Shown: positions 59,590 to 64,000 of the stretch, in pieces
Position numbering within the stretch: position 1 is the first letter of the stretch
Layout: every line of letters begins with the position of its first letter
Assembly (NCBI GenBank): GCA_038147395.1
Contig: JAYQTM010000001.1
Location: 77,863 to 141,862 of the forward strand
Reading direction: 5' to 3'
Origin: Candidatus Eutrophovita brisbanensis
GTDB taxonomy: Bacteria; Pseudomonadota; Gammaproteobacteria; Burkholderiales; Eutrophovitaceae
Length of the DNA stretch: 64,000 nucleotides
The notes under the pieces: model-generated
Databases searched by the model: none
What the model was told of the DNA's origin: nothing
Seen by the model: only the letters and a program-made list of their open reading frames with translations
Position numbers and translations under genes: made by a program

Positions 59590-60522
59590 CTACCCAAAAC
59601 TGTGGCCGACCTCGGTTCGTTGTCCTGCCGCAAATTCTGCTGCGCTCATGCGCCTGCCCCCTTGCCTTTGCAACGACGTGAGGAGCAATGAGCCTTCACC
59701 GCAGGCAACCAAAATACCTCGTTCATTAATCTCTAGCACCAATCCTGGTTGCATTGTCATTTCCCCAGAGGGTGGTTTAGGTTGAGCCGCCCAAATTTTC
59801 ACGCTGTTGTTCTGCAGATTAGTCATTGCGCCTGGATAGGGGTTGAGCGCCCGCACTAAACGGTCGATTTCCTGACAATGTTGTGCCCAGTTCACAACCG
59901 AATCGTCTTTAGTTATTTTCTTCGCATACGTCGCCCCTTCAGTGCTTTGACTGCGAGGACTATCCAAATTGGTCCTATCGGATAAGGTCTCAACAAGTGC
60001 GCGGGCTCCCAACTCGGCCAGTTTATCGTGTAACAAACCGGTCGTATCTGTGCTCTCAATTTGGATCTTCTCCATTCGGTATACAGGGCCTGTATCAAGC
60101 CCCTCTTCCAACTGCATAATACAAACACCCGTCTCGTCATCGCCGGCCATAAGCGCTCGATGTATGGGAGCTGCTCCTCGCCAGCGCGGCAAAATTGATG
60201 CGTGAACGTTAACGCACCCAAAAGGAAAAGCATTTAGCAGGCTCTTCGGAACCAGTTGGCCATAAGCAACCACGACCATTATGTCCGCCGAACAACTGAC
60301 AATTTTCTGAACCACGTCATTGCTTGATAGCGTCTCTGGTTGATAAATATCCAAGCGATGCGTTATCGCCAGCTGTTTCACGGCGCTTTGAGATAAACCC
60401 ATACCTCGACCAGCCCGCCGGTCCGGCTGAGTGATTACGAGCGGCACCTCAAAACCACTTTGCATCAACCGGTCGAGGCTGACGGCCGCAAACTCAGGGG
60501 TCCCAGCAAAGATAATTTTCAT
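59590..60522 (-). CDS. fmt: Methionyl-tRNA formyltransferase
   Basis: 310 aa with IIFAGTPEFA, NVHASILPRWRGAAPI and the HxSLLPxxRG-type motif. Confidence 0.95.
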   Translation of the reverse strand: MKIIFAGTPEFAAVSLDRLMQSGFEVPLVITQPDRRAGRGMGLSQSAVKQLAITHRLDIYQPETLSSNDVVQKIVSCSADIMVVVAYGQLVPKSLLNAFPFGCVNVHASILPRWRGAAPIHRALMAGDDETGVCIMQLEEGLDTGPVYRMEKIQIESTDTTGLLHDKLAELGARALVETLSDRTNLDSPRSQSTEGATYAKKITKDDSVVNWAQHCQEIDRLVRALNPYPGAMTNLQNNSVKIWAAQPKPPSGEMTMQPGLVLEINERGILVACGEGSLLLTSLQRQGGRRMSAAEFAAGQRTEVGHSFG

Positions 60523-60524
60523 GT

Positions 60525-61040
60525 TTAAACTTCAGGTCCATTAAGAGCGCGACTTTTTTTTTCCAAACGCTTAACGATTCGGCTCTGCTTTAATCTGGAT
60601 AAATATTCGACGAATACTTTGCCGTCAAGGTGGTCAATCTCATGCTGAATACAAACCGACAACAAACCATCCGCCTCAAGGGCGTACTCATCGCCGAATT
60701 TATCTAACGCTTTGATGGAAATTCGTTCAGACCGCTCTACTTTTTCGAAAATGCCCGGGACACTCAGACATCCCTCCTCCCCGACGCAGGCACCTTCTCG
60801 ATGAGTTATTTCTGGATTAATGAGTACTAATAAATCGTCATGGCTATCAGAAACGTCGATCACAATGACGCGTTCGTGACGGTTAACCTGTGTTGCGGCC
60901 AGCCCAATGCCCGATGCGGCATACATGGTCTCCGCCATATCTTCAATGAATGATCTCAATTCTTCATCGACCTCATCCACTCGTTTTGCAACGGTGTGAA
61001 GGCGGTCGTCTGGGTATTTGAGAATCGGCAAAAGAGACAT
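60525..61040 (-). CDS. def: Peptide deformylase
   Basis: 171 aa with [14 protein letters not shown] and QHEIDHL metal-binding motifs. Confidence 0.97.
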   Translation of the reverse strand: MSLLPILKYPDDRLHTVAKRVDEVDEELRSFIEDMAETMYAASGIGLAATQVNRHERVIVIDVSDSHDDLLVLINPEITHREGACVGEEGCLSVPGIFEKVERSERISIKALDKFGDEYALEADGLLSVCIQHEIDHLDGKVFVEYLSRLKQSRIVKRLEKKSRALNGPEV

Positions 61041-61219
61041 AACGGGTGCTCGAAAATGGATAAATGTAGGGAACTGCTATTCTACCAATCAGTCCCAGGC
61101 GAGAGTTTAGCCGTTATCGCTTGACTCGCAAGTGCGATTAAGAGATCCTTTAGACAGGTGATCAAGTGCACTCGAAACAGATTTTAGCGCCCGTTTGAAT
61201 ATCAACTAAAGGAAATATT

Positions 61220-61678
61220 ATGTTCGACATACTTTTTTATTTGGTTGAAAACTTTTTCCAAAACGGCGGGCTGCCCGATAACGAAACCATCTCTCAGAAA
61301 CTGTCTGATGCCGGATTTGAGGACGAAGACATATCTGAATTATTAACCTGGCTCAGAGGCTTTGACGCAAATCACCAAATGCTTGTTTCGAGTGACGCGC
61401 TAAAAACGAATAGTGCTATTCGGGTTTACTCGCCAGAAGAAATCAACAGCATTTCGGTAAAAGCGCGAGGCTTTCTAACGTTTTTAACTGACTCAGAAGT
61501 GATAACGGCGCCCCAAAGAGAAACCATTATCGATCGAGTGGTCGCGTTATCCGAATCCCAGGTCGGTGTCGATGAAATTAAGCTTATCGTACTGTTAGCA
61601 CTATGGAATCAACAGGGTTCAATCGACAGCGTCACGCTTGAACTGCTCGCGGCTAGGGACGAAACCGCTTTACAGTAA
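61220..61678 (+). CDS. smg: Smg protein (DUF494)
   Basis: 152 aa beginning MFDILFYLVENF, similar to E. coli Smg. It lies immediately upstream of topA. Confidence 0.85.
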   Translation: MFDILFYLVENFFQNGGLPDNETISQKLSDAGFEDEDISELLTWLRGFDANHQMLVSSDALKTNSAIRVYSPEEINSISVKARGFLTFLTDSEVITAPQRETIIDRVVALSESQVGVDEIKLIVLLALWNQQGSIDSVTLELLAARDETALQ

Positions 61679-61752
61679 AAATTACGAGAATTTGGTGTCT
61701 CGAGCGATCTCTTGTATGATCGCCGCGAAATAACTCGCTCTAATTTTTGAAA

Positions 61753-64000
61753 ATGGCACAAAACCTCCTTATCGTTGAATCCCCCTCGAAAGCTGGAACA
61801 TTAAAAAAATATCTTGGGAAAAGCTATGACATCCTAGCGTCTTACGGCCACATCAGAGATTTACAGGCGAAGGAGGGTGCTGTTGATCCTGACAATAGCT
61901 TTTCGCTCAAATACGAGCTGGTTGCTCGAAACAAAAAACACGTCGACGCGATTACGAAAGCAGTAAAAGCAGCAGATACAATTTTGCTCGCTACCGACCC
62001 GGATCGTGAGGGTGAGGCCATCGCATGGCATCTAGCCGAGATCCTCAAAGAAAAAAAGCTGCTCAAAGACAAAGCGCTCAAACGTGTTGTCTTTTACGAA
62101 ATCACTGAATCAGCCGTCAAAAGCGCGATCGAGAACCCGAGAGATGTGTCTATGCCTCTCGTCAACGCGCAACAAGCGCGCCGCGCTCTAGACCACTTAG
62201 TCGGGTTCAATTTATCGCCTATTCTTTGGAGAAAGATTGCCCGGAATCTTTCCGCTGGCAGGGTTCAAAGTCCAGCGCTCAGGCTAATCGTTGAGCGAGA
62301 GGAAGAAATTGAACGCTTTGATAGCCAAGAATACTGGTCAATCCACGCGAATACGGGCAAAGGCAAATCGACTTTCTCAGCAAAACTCACCGCATTTAAA
62401 GGAGATAAAGTAGAGCAATTTTCCTATTGTTCAGAAAAGGACTCTAATGCTGTCACTGAGGCTATAAAAAAAGTCTCGAATAATTTTACTGTAACGAACA
62501 TTACCAGAAAGCCTCGATCTCGATCAGCAGCAGCACCTTTCATTACATCAACGCTACAACAAGAAGCTGTTCGTAAACTCGGGCTCACTGCCCGCTCAAC
62601 GATGAGTGCTGCTCAACAACTCTATGAGGGCATTGATGTAGGCGGAGGCGTCGTCGGTCTGATTACTTACATGAGAACAGACTCTGTTGCGCTTTCGAAA
62701 GAGGCGGTCGCTGACATACGGGGTTATATCAGTAAAAATTTTGATAAAAGCTATTTGCCTGCGAAGCCTGTATCGTACAAAACAAAATCTAAAAATGCGC
62801 AAGAAGCACACGAGGCGATCCGTCCCACTTCGATCTCACGCACACCAGAGTCCGTTAAAAGTTACTTAAGGCCAGACCAGTTCGCCCTATACGAAATGAT
62901 TTGGAAGCGCACGGTCGCGTCTCAAATGACTCCCGCAAAATTCGACACTACGAGCGTCGAGTTGTCTTGTAATCCGGCTGGCACGACCTTTAGAGCGAAT
63001 GGTCAAATTCTAGTCTTCCCAGGATTCATGTCCGTCTATCTTGAGGGCGCAGACGACAAAGACGATGAAAAAGAAGCCAAATTGCCAGAATTGGCCATTA
63101 ACGATGAGTTTTCAATCAATGAGATATATGGAGAGCAACATTTTACGCAGCCACCACCGAGATACTCAGAGGCAAGCTTAGTAAAAACACTTGAAGAATA
63201 TGGCATCGGTCGGCCCTCTACTTATGCAAACATTATCTCCACGTTAGTTGATCGCGGTTATGCGCTTTTAGATAAAAAACGCTTCACTCCCACGGATGTT
63301 GGCCGAATTGTTAACAATTTTCTCACCGCACATTTCAAGACATATTTAGATTTTGGCTTCACGGCTGAATTAGAAGCTGAATTGGATGAAATTTCTGCAG
63401 GATCACTTGACTGGATCAAAGTTATCGGGAAGTTCTGGGCGTCTTTTTCAAAACAATTGGAGAACAAAACTGAAGCAAACAGGGGCGTTCCCCTTCCTCG
63501 AGCGGATACCACCGTCAGAACTTGGAAAGACTTTTCACGACAACTCTCGAACGACAGTTGGATAAAACAGCCCCTATTAGAAGAATGCCCGAAATGCAGC
63601 TCTACGGTCCTATTACAAAATAGCTCAAGAGGCCTATTTGTTGGTTGCAGTGGATATCCAAAATGTGACTTCACCGAGCCCTTTGGCTCTGGCCCGATAC
63701 AGAAAGAACCGCTTAACCTTGGTAATCATCCGGAGCAAGGCCTACCAATATTTCTAATGAGCGGCCCCTATGGCCCGTATGTTCAGATTGGAGAAACCCC
63801 TCCAGCTGGCTCGAAAGAAAAGAAACCAAAACGTGGCGCATGGCCAAAGGATCACCCATTACCACTGAGCGCTGACGAAGAGGCATTCGCCACAGCGCTG
63901 AAGGCATTAAGCTTACCTCGGTTAGTCGGCCTACACCCAGAGACTCAAAAGCCCATCGACGCTAACATCGGCCGGTTCGGCCCATACCTTCGACACGATG
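61753..64000 (+). CDS. topA: DNA topoisomerase I (type IA); 3' end beyond the window
   Basis: MAQNLLIVESPSKAGTLKKYLG (Toprim domain), DPDREGEAIAWH, the active-site region GLITYMRTDS and Zn-ribbon CPKCSS...CSGYPKC are present. The frame is open from 61753 through 64000 (checked at ...GRFGPYLRHD). Confidence 0.95.
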   Translation, partial: MAQNLLIVESPSKAGTLKKYLGKSYDILASYGHIRDLQAKEGAVDPDNSFSLKYELVARNKKHVDAITKAVKAADTILLATDPDREGEAIAWHLAEILKEKKLLKDKALKRVVFYEITESAVKSAIENPRDVSMPLVNAQQARRALDHLVGFNLSPILWRKIARNLSAGRVQSPALRLIVEREEEIERFDSQEYWSIHANTGKGKSTFSAKLTAFKGDKVEQFSYCSEKDSNAVTEAIKKVSNNFTVTNITRKPRSRSAAAPFITSTLQQEAVRKLGLTARSTMSAAQQLYEGIDVGGGVVGLITYMRTDSVALSKEAVADIRGYISKNFDKSYLPAKPVSYKTKSKNAQEAHEAIRPTSISRTPESVKSYLRPDQFALYEMIWKRTVASQMTPAKFDTTSVELSCNPAGTTFRANGQILVFPGFMSVYLEGADDKDDEKEAKLPELAINDEFSINEIYGEQHFTQPPPRYSEASLVKTLEEYGIGRPSTYANIISTLVDRGYALLDKKRFTPTDVGRIVNNFLTAHFKTYLDFGFTAELEAELDEISAGSLDWIKVIGKFWASFSKQLENKTEANRGVPLPRADTTVRTWKDFSRQLSNDSWIKQPLLEECPKCSSTVLLQNSSRGLFVGCSGYPKCDFTEPFGSGPIQKEPLNLGNHPEQGLPIFLMSGPYGPYVQIGETPPAGSKEKKPKRGAWPKDHPLPLSADEEAFATALKALSLPRLVGLHPETQKPIDANIGRFGPYLRHD

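Noticed and set aside
1-64000. A search by eye for CRISPR arrays, tRNA/rRNA genes, IS elements, toxin-antitoxin pairs and known defence-system genes.
   Set aside because: No non-coding gap exceeds about 215 bp. None of the gaps contains tRNA-like GTTCGAATC arms, repeat-spacer periodicity or terminal inverted repeats. No transposase-, integrase- (other than XerC), nuclease- or NTPase-type defence genes were recognised.

Overview
This 64-kb chromosomal segment is almost entirely coding, with about 65 protein genes. I found no rRNA or tRNA genes, CRISPR arrays, IS elements, transposons or prophage. Several gene-order blocks are typical of Betaproteobacteria, probably Burkholderiales-like; this taxonomic placement is an inference from synteny and mid-range GC. 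The blocks are metK / lpxL-lpxL-dapF-DUF484-xerC, rnb-like / tonB-like-aroE-mtgA, and def-fmt-rsmB-DUF4390-ntrY-ntrX. Most content is housekeeping: recG, ubiA, kup, lgt, mpl, folB, ttcA, hslVU, purCKE, the tkt-gap-pgk-fba operon, and topA, which runs off the right edge. There are two methionine/SAM blocks: mtnP-apt-mtnA, and metK-ahcY-metF with a clear SAH riboswitch. Accessory-looking content includes a three-subunit molybdenum hydroxylase followed by a MoaD-like gene. The most interesting region is 36.8-44.8 kb. It holds a complete nickel-pincer cofactor operon (LarA-like, larC, larE, larB) placed divergently to an IlvD/Edd-family sugar-acid dehydratase, an RraA/HMG-aldolase-like protein and a class-V aminotransferase. 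I read this as a candidate uncharacterised hydroxy-acid catabolic module. Three genes (larC, ntrY, rsmB) are each split by a single-nucleotide frame change. These may be real frameshifts or pseudogenes, a programmed frameshift in larC, or assembly errors. All calls rest on reading the supplied translations and DNA by eye; no searches were run.
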